From Rhynchobatus australiae (taxonomy: Eukaryota): 64,000 nt of DNA. Of this stretch, positions 13,031 through 25,197 are shown piece after piece (the stretch's first letter is position 1; every line of letters begins with the position of its first letter). Both the position numbers and the translations under genes were made by a program. The notes under the pieces were generated by a model. The model was not told the DNA's origin. It saw nothing but the letters and a program-made list of their open reading frames with translations, and did no database searches. The stretch covers positions 63,590,435-63,654,434 of the forward strand of contig JAUZTB010000107.1 in NCBI GenBank assembly GCA_034780895.1, given 5' to 3'.

Positions 13031-13734
13031 TTTTGATTAGTTTGTTGCCTCAGACAGATGAGCCTCATGAACCAGTTGAGTTTTACCACCGAGTGTGATC
13101 AGTGGTGTCCTGTTCTCTTGTCGACCCTTTTGCCATGTGCACTGGCTGTGTTGTTCTTTCAAGCAAAGTTTATTTTAGTAGCCTTTTACCAATTTTATTT
13201 ATAGGTAAATGTACAGGTTATCAGCAACCCTATTCCCCTATTCATTTAGAGGGAGTGAACCAATTTCAGATGTTGCTAATTGAATTGTTGCCAGTATCCA
13301 AGATCCATTGCACTGCCATTTCTCTGATGAGATGCAGTTTGATGTATTCTGTGTCTGGGGGTGAGTTAACTTTGCAACATCTCCTTGTTAATTTAGCCAG
13401 CGGAGGAGGAAAGAGACTCAGTGGGGGTTGTCCTATCAGACAATGAGCGATAATGTGATTAGTAGTAATTTGTCTCACACCAGCAGTTCTTCCACAGGCT
13501 CTTTGTAATCAAATTATTCAGCACATCCCAGTTTTAGGACATGATAACCAATGTATCACCAAAGGTAGCATAGAATCAGCTGGGTGACTGTGGAGTGAGA
13601 GCATGCAGAATTCCAATTAATAAAACAATTAATTGACAATTGAGATGGCTTAACAATTAAGCAAATGGCAACACTTCCTTCATGGCTTTCAGCAAAATAT
13701 ATGGGCTTGAAACGGGGTCAACAACTCCAAGGGT

Positions 13735-14415
13735 TAAAGTGTCATACAGCATGGAAACAGGCCCTTTGGCCCAAGTTGTCCATGCCGACCAAGATGCCCA
13801 CCTAAGGTCGTCCCATTTATCCGCATTTGACCCATATCCGTCCAAACCTGATGCAGGGTTTCAACCTGAAATGTCAAAGTTCCTTTCCTCCCACAGATGC
13901 TGCTCAACCTGCTAAGTTCCTCGAGCAGATTGTTTGTTGCTTCCTCTAAAGTTTCCTATCCATGAACCTGTCCAAATATCTTTTAAATGTTGTTATTGTA
14001 CCTGTTTCAACCACTTGCTCTGGTAGCTCATTCCACATATGTGCCACCCTCTGTGTGGAAGAGATTTGCCCTCATTCCTATTACATCTTTTGCCCCTCAA
14101 CTGAACCTATGGCCTCTAGTTCTTGATTCTCCAATGCTGGGGAAAAAGACTGTGTGCATTCACCCTACCTATGCCCCTCGTGTCTCTCAGTCTCCTATGC
14201 TCCAAGGAATAAAGTCCTAACCTGCCCATCCTCACCCTGGATGACTATGGAGTGAGAGCATGCAGAAATTCAATTAATAAAACAATTAATTGACTATTGA
14301 GATGGTTCCCTCAAATCCTGGAAACATCCTCTTAAATTTTTTCTGCACTCTTTCCAGCTTAATGGCATCTTTCCTCTAGCAGGGTGACCAAAACTGAAGA
14401 CAATACCCCAGTAAG
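13735..14415 (-). mobile_element. HER1/CR1 LINE 3' portion, interrupted by a PLE terminus (13847-13940) and a templated insertion (14237-14305)
   Basis: Tail gtcatacagcatggaaacaggccctttggccc and ORF2 C-terminal remnants; PLE insert flanked by an imperfect TSD tccgtccaaa/ttcctctaaa. Confidence 0.85.
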
Positions 14416-14877
14416 GGTTAGTTTTAGATTGCTCTCTTTCTCCAATCAGTGGTAGGATAGGAGGGCTTTGCACAGAACTGGACAAGAAGATCTCCATTCA
14501 TGCTGTGTACCAGACCAAACGAACAACCAATTAGTCAAGGGCCACCTGATCCCAGGGGTCTTCTGAATGGTAAAAGCAGAAGCAAACCCTTAACTGTGGG
14601 CCAATGGAGCCAAATCCAACCCAACAAGGTGGGTTCATGCCAAAATAGTGAGATGCTCCAATCTCTTAGAAACTTGTGAGGGGATTCTGTGTGTCCCTAA
14701 TGTTGCCTGCTTGCTTTGGGGCTTCCAGCATTTTATCCACACTGTAGAATGCCACTTCTATCAGCAGCTTTAAAACTTAAGGTATAGGTGGTGGTGAGTG
14801 TAAAACCGGTTCAGATATCACATAATCAAGCCATGAATTGTAATCCAAGTGCAAAAGTCAGTCAAGACTCTGTAGGT

Positions 14878-15077
14878 TATAAAACAGCAAATGCTGGAAG
14901 CACTCAGCAGGTCAGGGAGCATCTGTGGAAGGAGAAGGAGACCCAGTGTTTTAGGTCAAAAGTGCTTCATGGACCCTGAAGGTTCTTTCTCCAAATACTG
15001 CCTGAACAGCAGTGTATTTCCAGCATTTCTGTTTTTTTTTATTTCAGGTGTCCACTATCTGCAGTTTTTTTTTCAGT
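14878..15077. mobile_element. Palindromic PLE-terminus element with 12-bp TSD
   Basis: aaaacagcaaatgctggaagcactcagcagg...ttccagcatttctgttttt; TSD gactctgt(a/g)ggt at 14866-14877 and 15078-15089. Confidence 0.75.
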
Positions 15078-15385
15078 GACTCTGTGGGTAGCATTCTTGA
15101 CATTGAGTCAGAAGATACGCACAAAAGGTTAGGCTGGTGGTATTCTTTTCAGGTGGGGTTTTAAACAGAGACCCAGTCTAACCTGGTGGACAAAAATGTT
15201 CCCTTGGCAATATCTTAAAGAAGACCAGAGGAGTTTTCTTCAGTGACTTGACCAATATATCTCCCTCCAGTCATTGCCGCCACGTATCCTACTTTACAAT
15301 GGTGTCTGTACTTCAGAATTGCTTCATTGGCTGCAAAATGTTTTGAGCTGAACTGAATTTGGGAAAAGTGGTTTAAATACAATTC
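15078..15385 (+). mobile_element. DeuSINE (SacSINE1-like), decayed
   Basis: gggtagcattcttgacattgagtcagaag head; aagaagaccagaggagttttct...ccaatatat; cttcattggctgcaaaatgttttg. Confidence 0.7.
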
Positions 15386-16779
15386 CTATTGCCTAACGGT
15401 CTACACCTGCACTGGCAACATTTGGCAGTCATGGGGGCTGTCACGGGTGGTGACCCTGACTGCGTCCTCACAAGTGAACGTCAGCTTTAGCTGTCCGATG
15501 CTATGAGGTTTGCACTATTGCCAGTCAGTTCAGCCATGGAGAACAGTAAGCTTTGTGGAGGCATGAGCTGTCTTTGCTCAAGCTTTGCACAATTCGGCAG
15601 ATGTGTGTTTGGGGAGGGGCAGACATGTTTCTCGGCATCAGGCTTGAACCCTGCCTTTTTGTCTCTTGGATAAGACAAAAGAATGGATTGTAAAGGAGTT
15701 TTCAGATCAGTTTACATCTCCTCCCCCAACTCTCACCAGAAAAATGTTCTGCTCAGGGTTGCATGATTAGCGCCTCTCATCTTACAGTTTAGCTATTATT
15801 TGAAGTCCATCGGCTGTGAGTTTAACAAGGCAGTAAATGTTCTGTCCTTCTTGATGGGTTATGATGTAGCATCACTGAAAAAAATTCCTAAACAAAAGTG
15901 ATTTTTATGCTGGATTGACTATAATCCAGCAGTATGTTGCCTCACACTTGAGGGTGGTGTCTGCCTGCACTTAAAATGCCAGTCCTGATGTACAACAGAG
16001 GTTAGGAGATCTTTGTGATACTATTTGATGTGTTCTGTGTCCAGGGGTGAGTTAATTATGCAGCATCTCCCTTTTAATATAGCCAGTGGAGGAGGGAAGT
16101 GGCTCAGTGGGGGTCGTCAAGCAGGGGAGAAGAGAAAAGCATAATCTAGAACTGCAGTTGGCACCACGGCAGGAGTTTTGTAAACTTAAACAGAGCAGCA
16201 GCATCATCTCACCAAACAGTATCTGCTCAGCTGTTAGAAGTAAAGATTGGTTCAGCCACACAGGGCCAAGTTATTTAAACATAATACTTTATTGCTTTGT
16301 ACTGTCTGTTAAAAGAGAGTCACAAAAGAAATCAAAACGGGTAAGAACTGAAGAAGAATTCACAAATATTGTTGACTTTATAACATCTGTCCCAATATGT
16401 ACCTGACCAGCATTGAAGCGCAGATCACTAAGTATTGTAGGGCATCTCTAGTACTTCATGGCACTGTTTACTTGTACCTGAGAAAGCCCATGAATATCTC
16501 CAAGAAAACTAGTGTTGTCCTGCCACGTGCTGCAGTATATTCCACAAGAGCAAATAAGTTGATCCTGACCTGATCTCCCTTCTGCTCATGAATGTCCACC
16601 TGAAGTCCTGGCTGGTCACTGCACTTCCTCACCACTTGAAAGCTGGTCTCAGACTCTTCTGGGTCTTGTTTCCGTGTCCCATGCTGTCATCCGTCTAGCC
16701 ATGATCCAGTTCCACTTCCTAGTCCTGCTCAGAAAATGAAAAAGGACAGGGAAGAGAAAGGATTCAGTGAGATGAGAGA

Positions 16780-16980
16780 TCCCCTCACCTTCCACTGCTC
16801 CACAGTAAACAACCCCAAACTCTCCTGATAGACCCTGCCCTCTAATCCAGGCAGCATCCTGGTGAACCTCTTCTGCACCCTTTCCACAGCCTCCATATCC
16901 TTCCTATAAATGGGGCAACCATTTATTGAATGCAATACTCCATATGTGGCCAAACCAAAGTTTTATAAAGCTGCAATATA
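16780..16980 (-). mobile_element. CR1/HER1 ORF2 fragment
   Basis: PIYRKDMEAVERVQKRFTRMLPGLEG. Confidence 0.9.
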
Positions 16981-17885
16981 AAACCGTTTCATTATTGTCA
17001 GAGCCTAAGATGTACACTTCACCTTGGTTTCCTTCTCACTCTTTCACCACTCCCCTTCACCCCTTTCTTTCCTGTAGCTTGCTGTTTATCTTCCTGACTT
17101 TGTGTTTGACAAGCAGAAGATCCTTATCTTTGCCCATTATACAGCCCATATTATATCTATGCACCTGTTGCTTTCAATCTATGCTTTGCCCAGAGGCAAC
17201 TGCAGCAATCCAGATAAACAATCAACATGGATCAAAGAAAAACAGACAATTGACTGAGAATACGACATACACATCTTGCTCTGCGTTAACATATAATTAA
17301 AGGAGTATGAATTATTTTCTGGGTCCCTATCTTTACTAAATGGTACACTTTATGTAATTTTGTTTCCATCTGTGTATCAGCACCTGCTGCAGGTACATCA
17401 GTGGAAAATGTGTCAAAACACATCACTGTGTTACTAACAGTTAACGTCATTGGAAGGACATATAACTTCTCTGGTTCTTCATTCTGCTTGGATAAAGTTT
17501 TCAAACTTCCCCATTAAAGCTTCTCTTGTGGTAGAAGACCTCAATCAGCAAATGGGACCAGACCTGGAATCCGCCATAAATCTATTAATTGCCCCTGCTT
17601 TGTGGTTGCAGCCAAAGCTTTGGATGAGTGGGAATGCAGGGGATGCCTCTCTTGGAGGGAAGGTTTGCAATGTTTTGTTTTCCCTTCACTAAGCCATATT
17701 GGCGACTGGATCTGTTTGTGATGTATTTGATAAAATGTAAATATTTTATCTGTCGTGAGGCTACAAAGAAACAGAGTTCTCTATTCAGTCAGATCTAACC
17801 AGGGAATAGCATCTTATCTTCTGGTTAGGTGTGTTAATTTCAACAGTTTCAGATAATAAGCCTTTCCAGACTGTGTAAGAACCAG

Positions 17886-18470
17886 CCAGTTCTGATGAAA
17901 AGTCAGAGAGACAAGAGATTCTGCAGATGCTGGAAATCTGAAACCACACACACAAAATGCTGGAGGAACTCAGCAGGTCAGGCAGCATCTATGGAGGGAA
18001 ATAAGCAGTCAATGTTTCGGGTCGAGACCCTTCATCAGAACTGGACTGGTTGAAGAGCTAGACAGCAGCAGAGATCACAGGGAGAGCAGTGAGAGAGGGC
18101 CTCACAGAACACCTGTCGAAGAGAGGAGGAAATCTTCTTCAGGGCAGGCATACCTTGAAGAGACTTCGCAGTAGAGCAGCAAAATGGAGAGACAAGAAAT
18201 TCTGCAAAATGCTGGAAGAAGTCAGCAGGTCAGGCAGCATCTATGTAGTCCAGTCCTGATGAAGCGTCTCGATCCGAAACGTGTACTGTTTATTTCCCTC
18301 TATAGATGCTGCTTGACCCGCTGAGTTCCTCCAACATTTTGCGTATGCTGATGAAGAGCCATCAACCTTTACTGGAGGCTCAATTTCTTTTTTTTCTCTT
18401 TGCACTGATGCTGTCTGACCTGTTGGATAGTTTTAGCATGGTTTCTTGTATCAGAATTCCAACACCTGCC
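17886..18470. mobile_element. Nested PLE cluster: older plus-strand terminus split by a younger tandem/inverted PLE derivative (17906-18347)
   Basis: TSD-like ctgatgaaaagtca (17892-17905) and ctgatgaagagcca (18348-18361); gagagacaaga repeats at 17906 and 18187; hammerhead-like motifs at 18006-18043 (-) and 18251-18288 (+). Confidence 0.8.
18006..18043 (-). ncRNA. Minimal type-I hammerhead ribozyme-like motif (PLE-associated), CpG-decayed
   Basis: Minus strand: cagtt CTGATGA a gggtctcgaccc GAAAC ATT gactg. Stem I cagtt/gactg, stem II gggt/accc, conserved core present; the GTC triplet has decayed to ATT. Confidence 0.7.
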
Positions 18471-18479
18471 CTACATCTC

Positions 18480-18770
18480 ATAGTTCCAATATTGTGTTAA
18501 TATTGTTCGCTCTCTTTCCCCCACTCTACGTCTTCGTTCATCTCCTTCTACATCCCTCGACCAGAAAGATCAATTACAATCAAGAAGCCTTCGCTGCTGC
18601 TCTCAGCCTGCATCACCACCATTTGTTCCACTTAGTTTATTTTGACACCCTATCGCAGACATTTCTTTTGTTCTCACCACCACTTTCTCATCTCTGCAAC
18701 TTAAAACATGTCTGACTCCACGGATGCAGCCCAACTTGCAAAGCATTTCCATCGTTTATTGCCTTCAGTT
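18480..18770 (+). mobile_element. Old PLE pseudo-LTR region
   Basis: caccctatcgcagacatttcttttgttctc...ctctgcaacttaaaaca...ctccacggatgcagccc, the pyrimidine-rich segment that precedes the PLE terminus. Confidence 0.5.
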
Positions 18771-18827
18771 GCTGGATGAGCCTGATTCTGTCCGCCCTGT
18801 ACCGAAGCTTACTTTCCTTTCTAATGT

Positions 18828-19050
18828 AACACACAAAATGCTGGAGGAACTCAGCGGGTTAGGCAGCATCTATTGAAGGAAATGGACAGTCGACATTTTG
18901 GGTTTGAGACCCTTCATCAGGACTGGAAAGAAAGAGGGGAGGGGGGGTTGGGGGGCCAAGGGGGTGGAGCAAGAGCTAGCAGGTGATAGGTGGATCCAGG
19001 TGAGAAGGGGAAGATAAGCAAGTGGAGGAGGGGCAGAGTGGGTAATGCCT
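18828..19050 (-). mobile_element. PLE terminus with hammerhead remnant (18887-18925)
   Basis: cacaaaatgctggaggaactcagcggg...cagtcgacattttgggtttgagacccttcatcaggactgg...gcaggtgataggtggatccagg. Confidence 0.8.
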
Positions 19051-20749
19051 GATTGTATTGCTTTCACTGGCACCTCTGCTGAAATTGGCTCATTTGACAC
19101 TCATCACCTGGTCTGCGAGGCTCTATCACACTGCGTGCCATGCATTGACACTTAAATCCATGTGTTTGCATTGTTCTCCATCGTTGAATCCCTCAATTAA
19201 ATCTTTGGCTATTCGCCATACCCAGACATCNNNNNNNNNNNNNNNNNNNNNNNNNNNNNNNNNNNNNNNNNNNNNNNNNNNNNNNNNNNNNNNNNNNNNN
19301 NNNNNNNNNNNNNNNNNNNNNNNNNNNNNNGCAAGAATTTGAGGGAGATTTTAAACAGCAAATGGAAAAAAAATGCATAAAATGAATGCAGTCTGTACTT
19401 GGAGAACTTTAAGAAACAATGGAAGCTTTCTGCAGGTTAGATAATAGAGTTCAGTACAGGATAAATTACTTGCCAACGCAATTAGATAATGTGATGCCTG
19501 TGTTGGTGGGAGTTCCAAGTAATTTGCTACAACAAATTTGCTGTCTATTTACAGTATTTGTTCTTTTTCACTGGAATAGTTTAACAATTTAGTTACTGAA
19601 TAGATTCTCCGTGGGGATTATCAAATGAAGTTGGAGACAATAAACGTAATGTAGAATAGGATAATGAGGAGCTGTCTTTCCCATGGTAAAGTTGTGTATA
19701 AAAATGCCTTTGTGATGGTACAAGCAGTGCTGTCATAGTTGTGCACCTGGCCCCACACAAAGTTGGCCAAACGAGTTTCGGCCAAGAAACTTTAACTCAC
19801 CTCCGAGTTTGTCATTTTGAAATAAATTTACAGAAGTTTGAAGTCCACCTAAGCAACCTTTCTAAACAAAACAAATTCTTCCATTGCCTGCTGTTTCTCG
19901 CAGCCTGTGTTTTTCTTTACATTTTTTTTTGCACTGTGTCTGGCAGACTTTAATGTAGATGTGGACAAAAGCCCTTTACAGGATTGCTTCGGACTTATAA
20001 AAGAGGTTGGTTTCAATGAGATCAGATGGTGGTGATAAGTAGTGTCTAAATCCACTGAATATGTGTTGGATAGATTGCAAAGATGTGGATAATGTGATCA
20101 AAGGATTTTTAGTTAAACTGGGTTTTTTTGCATTACTTAACAATTTTTTTTAAATGTTCATTCAAATCCATGGCTTAAAGTTTTTATTGCTGGTTGCAAA
20201 AGGGTCTGTTAGTAAGATCCTATTACCACAAAATGAATGAATCTTGTTCTATGCCATGTCAGAGATGCTGACATTTTCTTTTAGCTGAAACCTTATATGA
20301 GCTTTTAAATATACACTGTATTAGGGTAGCTTTGATGCAGTTTGACATACTATACAACTTCCCACACATCCTTATCTTCCAACCTAATAAGCAGTGATGC
20401 TGTTTTTTTGTTTGATGAAATGTGACCTCTTAAGTATTATGAGGGGATTCTTAATACTGCTGTACATGAATCAAATTTGATTAACACTCCCATCTCCTGC
20501 AAAGCAATCAATATGGTGGCACTTTATAAACCTCTGGCTGCCTATTCTTTATCTCAATGCAAGAATAAATTTGGAATTCATATTCAGCTGGAATATTCTT
20601 GTAAAGACAGAGTGTCTCCATATATTAGGTTGTTTGAGAGCTTGGCATTGACCATTAACCAAGAGGGCCTGATTTCATATGTAGATGTGATGGAGTCACT
20701 TTAAGTACCTCCTTGTGCGATGGCATTGGCTAATCATGCAAAAGGTCAA

Positions 20750-20940
20750 ATTGGAACTGTTTTTTTTATTGTCACGTGTGACTGGGATGCAGTGAAAAGT
20801 TTTCGTTTGCATGTCATCCAGACACATAATTCTGTACATAAGTGCATAGAGGTAGTGAAAAGGAAAACAGAATTCAGAATTTAGTGTTACATTGCAGAAA
20901 AAGTGCAGTGCAGGGAGACAAATAAAGTGCAAGGGTCACA
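20750..20940 (-). mobile_element. LINE 3' UTR fragment (Rex/L2-type)
   Basis: tttattgtcacgtg...cagtgaaaagttttcgtttgcatg is homologous to 61360-61530 and 47055-47165. Confidence 0.65.
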
Positions 20941-21539
20941 ATGTGGAAGATTGGAAGAGCACGAGTTCACCTTTTAGTGTATAAGCGTATAATTTTTAGC
21001 ACTTGCTTTCTCCTTCTGCATTTGTGGATCAAGATGAATGGCCTTTCCCACTCCTTCCCTCCACTCCTGTCAATAGTTGTTGCCACAGAGAATTCAAAAC
21101 TTTGTGTGCACAATGGGCTGAAATTTCTTGTCTTGATGGGCACAGTGAGAAATTCCTGTGCATGGCATCTAATTGAATTTCATCTGGCTGAGCAGAACTT
21201 GCAGCTAAGGTAAAGAAACAATCAAAAAAAAACAAAATATCGGGAAGGGAGGGGCTTTAGAGAAGGAAGCAGAACTCCAGAAATGTCTCTGAATTTGGGA
21301 GAAAAGGAAGGAGGTCACCTCAGTGACCAAGGAAGAGATGTGGCATGCCAAGATAGGAGCTGAAAGAAAGTAGTAGGGTGAATGGGAAGGGGAGAACAAA
21401 GAACTGAAAAATGAAGAGCACCAGAATGAATTCACGGAGGCTACAATGGCACCGTTGCAGGACAGTTGGTTGTGTGTGGGTTGTAGTTGGAGACAGAAGA
21501 TCATAGAACCAGAAAAGCAAAGGAGGTAAAGGGCTGAAA

Positions 21540-21700
21540 AGGGAGCTGGGGGAACAGGCAGTGAGCTGTAAAAGGGGCCGGGGGAACAGATGGCAAGATG
21601 AAGAGAACCTGGGTGAACATGCAGAGAGGGGAAGAGAACCCGAGCGAACATGCAGAGGTGAAGCCTGGCAGGGTGAATACAGAAAGGTGAGGAGAGACTG
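21540..21700. repeat. Degenerate purine-rich ~30-bp tandem repeat
   Basis: gaagagaacctgggtgaacatgcagagaggg / gaagagaacccgagcgaacatgcagaggt, plus weaker flanking units. Confidence 0.6.
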
Positions 21701-24499
21701 CTGATTAGATTTTGCTTGATATCTGCATTTCCTATTATGTGGTCATAATGATACATGAAATAAGACAGCGACAGCAAAAAAAAACTGCTCTTAATTCAGC
21801 ACTGGTTACGTCGTAAACTGGTAAATTTAATGTGAGGAGCCAGAGAATGGCTGACGTGGGAAACTGAAAATGTCACACTGATGCATAAGGGGTTTGTAGT
21901 CTGAGGTTTGGCTGAGGCTCATTATTGAGCAGATTCAAGAAGGGGTTGTAACTGGATATACTCTTTCTGACCTAGGAATGCTCATTGCTGGCATTCAGCA
22001 CTCAAAATAAGGAAACATTCCATTCCTCAATTCTAACCCTGCTCGCCTTGACAAGCTCAAAGAAAAAGATTTCTTGGAGGTGAATTGCGCACAGAAAAAT
22101 GGATAGTTTGAAGAAACTGTTCTGTTTTTAACAAACCAGCAAACGTGGTCAAGCCTCAAGTACTAGACTCTCTGTAGACCAGCAGCCCTCTATCGGCAAT
22201 CTACTTATCATTCCCTACAGCAGTGGATCAGAAATCTGATTCAATCTATACTAAAAAATTGCCCCATAACACTTGAATATTATGTGGCAATTGTTCAAAT
22301 CATAGGTAGTCCAATCCAGATCTTTCACACTGATTTGGAAAATGCACCTCTGCACAGCTGATTGCATATTCTGCTTATTTGTGACCTTTAGATGCTCTTC
22401 CTGAATTTCAGATGCCTGTATTCTTTTTGTTGTGGGTGCTGATTGAATTGAAAATAGGTATTTGAGGAGAGTTATTTATCTCAAAAACTGGTTGTAATTT
22501 GTCATACTTATTAAAGGGTGCGTGAGAATGCAGCACTCTGCAAGTGACTTGGGAAGGACGTAGTTACATCAGTGATGGAGTCCTCAGAATAACCTTTCGT
22601 GACATGGTGAACTCTTTTAACAAATGTCAAAATCTCTAATGTAGTATTGGATGTGATACATAGGTTTTGTTTTGAAAGAAAAATAATCTTTCTTCAGGGT
22701 CCAAAGTAATGATGGAAATTCACTTGGAAAGCTGTAATGGGATTCCTACTGGCACTTTAATTAAAGGTGTTCACAGGCTCCTGCTAGTGTGTTCAAGTCA
22801 ACTGTCTCCTCAGGAAACTGTTCCAAAAATAACCTTGGCTTTCCACACTAAACCGAGCCGTGAAGAGTAAAGGAAGCCGGATCACTGACTGTGGTTATGG
22901 ATGTGCTCTGTGTTTCATTCCTTTCCTCATTTCTTAGCCAGTTCCTCTGAAACCAAGCAAGGATTTGTGCTGATGGATGGGCTGCAAATGAAATCGTCAT
23001 CTGCAGCAACATTGTTTTCCACAGTATACTCTCAAGCAAAATGTGACCTCCACTGTAGGAGAACTTAACAGATTCTGCATTATGGTTGAAAGAAGTGTCA
23101 GCCAGTTGAAACATTTGGAGCTCTGTATTACTTTTGTTCACTTGATTCACACCACCACCAAATTATTGGACTTTGTGGTATGGTAACAGGAGAAAAATAG
23201 CTTCAGAATGTGTTTTTTTTTAACAGGATCTGCATAGTGACTGCTTAGTATTTCAGCTTGAGGAGGGCACTAAAACATGCAAGAAAGTGAATGCAGTGGC
23301 CTTTTCTGAGTGTTTGGCGGCTGTCATTGGTGAACAATGTAAACATAAGCAGTCCATTATTACTTCTTTCACTCATGAGAGCACAGTCAAAATATACCAT
23401 CAATTCATGAAATTTATGCTGCATTTGGCAGTAAAATATAAACCTTTTACCTTAACAAAGCTGTCAGTTCATACAAACATTTTGTGTGTGTTTGTGGGTG
23501 TATGCATTGTTCAGTCAAGGTCATTTTAAAGGCTGTTGAAAAATCTAATCTCTGTTTCAGGTCATTGTGCAGGCTGTAGCATTGCTCGGGAAATGGGTAC
23601 AAATAGACATCAACATAAGGGCATGCAAAATAATCAGACTGATGTCACAACTGACTGACTTGCCTTCCACTGGTGTTAGTTCAAGAACCGCTGTGCTAAT
23701 TAGGAAGGAAACATTGCTTTATTATTTTTTATTTCCTGAAAGCCCTCTGCAAAACAAGATAGTAAAATCCCTTTTTGAATAAAACTAGAATGCTGTTTTA
23801 TTGTGACCCAGCTTTCTTCACAAAGCACACATCTCTTCCCTCCACCGACCACAGCTGGATTATTGATTGGTTCCTCCTCTGGTTGATTCCACTCGTATCT
23901 GTTGAAGTGAGTAATAGTGACAAAGGGGAATACAGGTCTGTGTGGAATCAGAGGTTTGCAGCATAGAAGGAGACCATTTGATTCTTTTGTCCATTCTGTC
24001 TAAATTGGAGTCATAGAGGGTAATCCTGTTTCTTGGCTCTCAGGTTATCCATCTTAAATGCTTTTCCTGGGATATATTTAAAAGTGAGGAAGGCCTCTGC
24101 CTTCCCCACCCTTTCAGATGCTTGCAACTCTTTGCAGTTTCTGAGGTAACGGCCAGTACAATCTAATTACCACAGGCAAACTGGGCAGGAGAAAATCAAG
24201 CAAACCGCGCTTCTGCCCCCTTGTCAGTGACATGTGGCAGGCGGGAATATCTGGTGAGCCGCCACATTGGCTGTGGTGCCCGCAACAAATGGAACANNNN
24301 NNNNNNNNNNNNNNNNNNNNNNNNNNNNNNNNNNNNNNNNNNNNNNNNNNNNNNNNNNNNNNNNNNNNNNNNNNNNNNNNNNNNNNNNNNNNNNNNCTGA
24401 TGATGTTTGCTGACTTGAGACTTGATTAAGAGCTACCTGACTGAGGTACCAAGAGGCCACAAGTGAAAGAACATCACTGGCGACCTGGGAGTGAAATAG

Positions 24500-24840
24500 G
24501 CGTGGGGTCAATCGAGCTGTGTCCCAGCTCCAGGGACCTGGGTTCAGTTCAGATCTCTGGCGCTGTTTGTGTGGAGCTTGCACGTTCTCTCTCTGACTGT
24601 GTGGATTTCCCTCTCGCTGCTCCAGTTTCCTGCTGCATTGCCAAAGACGTGTGGGTTAGTAGGGTAATTGGCCACTGTAAGTTGTTGCCAATGTGTAGGT
24701 GAGGGTAGTGGTAGAATCTGGGGGATATTGATGGGAATGTGGGAAGAAAAGGAAGAGAATAGTGTTTATGCATGCTTGATGGTTGGCATGGTCTTGGTGG
24801 GCCAAAGGGCCTATTTCCATGCTGTATGAATCTATGACTA
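24500..24840 (+). mobile_element. HE1 V-SINE, near full length
   Basis: cagctccagggacctgggttc (B-box region), V-domain tgtgtggagcttgcacgttctc, HER1-shared tail gggccaaagggcctatttccatgctgtatg. Confidence 0.9.
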
Positions 24841-25197
24841 AAGTCATATCGTCATGGTTATACATCAGGCTCTTTGGCCCAACTCGTCCATGTCAATCAA
24901 GATGAATATCTGAACTAGTCCCATTTGCCAGCATTTGGCCCATGTTTTCTACATGTTTTCTGTCCATGTACCTGTTTAAATGTATTTTGAACATTGTAAT
25001 TACACCATTCCCTCTGGCAGCTCATTCCATATAGCCACCACCCTCTGCGTGAAAAAGNNNNNNNNNNNNNNNNNNNNNNNNNNNNNNNNNNNNNNNNNNN
25101 NNNNNNNNNNNNNNNNNNNNNNNNNNNNNNNNNNNNNNNNNNNNNNNNNNNNNNNNNGGTCCCTTTTAAATCTTTCTCCTCTCACCTTAAATCTTTG
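24841..25197 (-). mobile_element. HER1 LINE 3' end (spans a gap)
   Basis: RFKVRGERFKRD...FFTQRVVAIWNELPEG plus tail. Confidence 0.9.

Noticed and set aside
21000-21215. Possible exon ending AAG|GTAAAG
   Set aside because: The open frame gives an unrecognisable peptide and no other exon can be linked to it
24500-24560. tRNA-like A/B-box sequence (also at other SINE heads)
   Set aside because: These are SINE heads and do not fold into a cloverleaf tRNA
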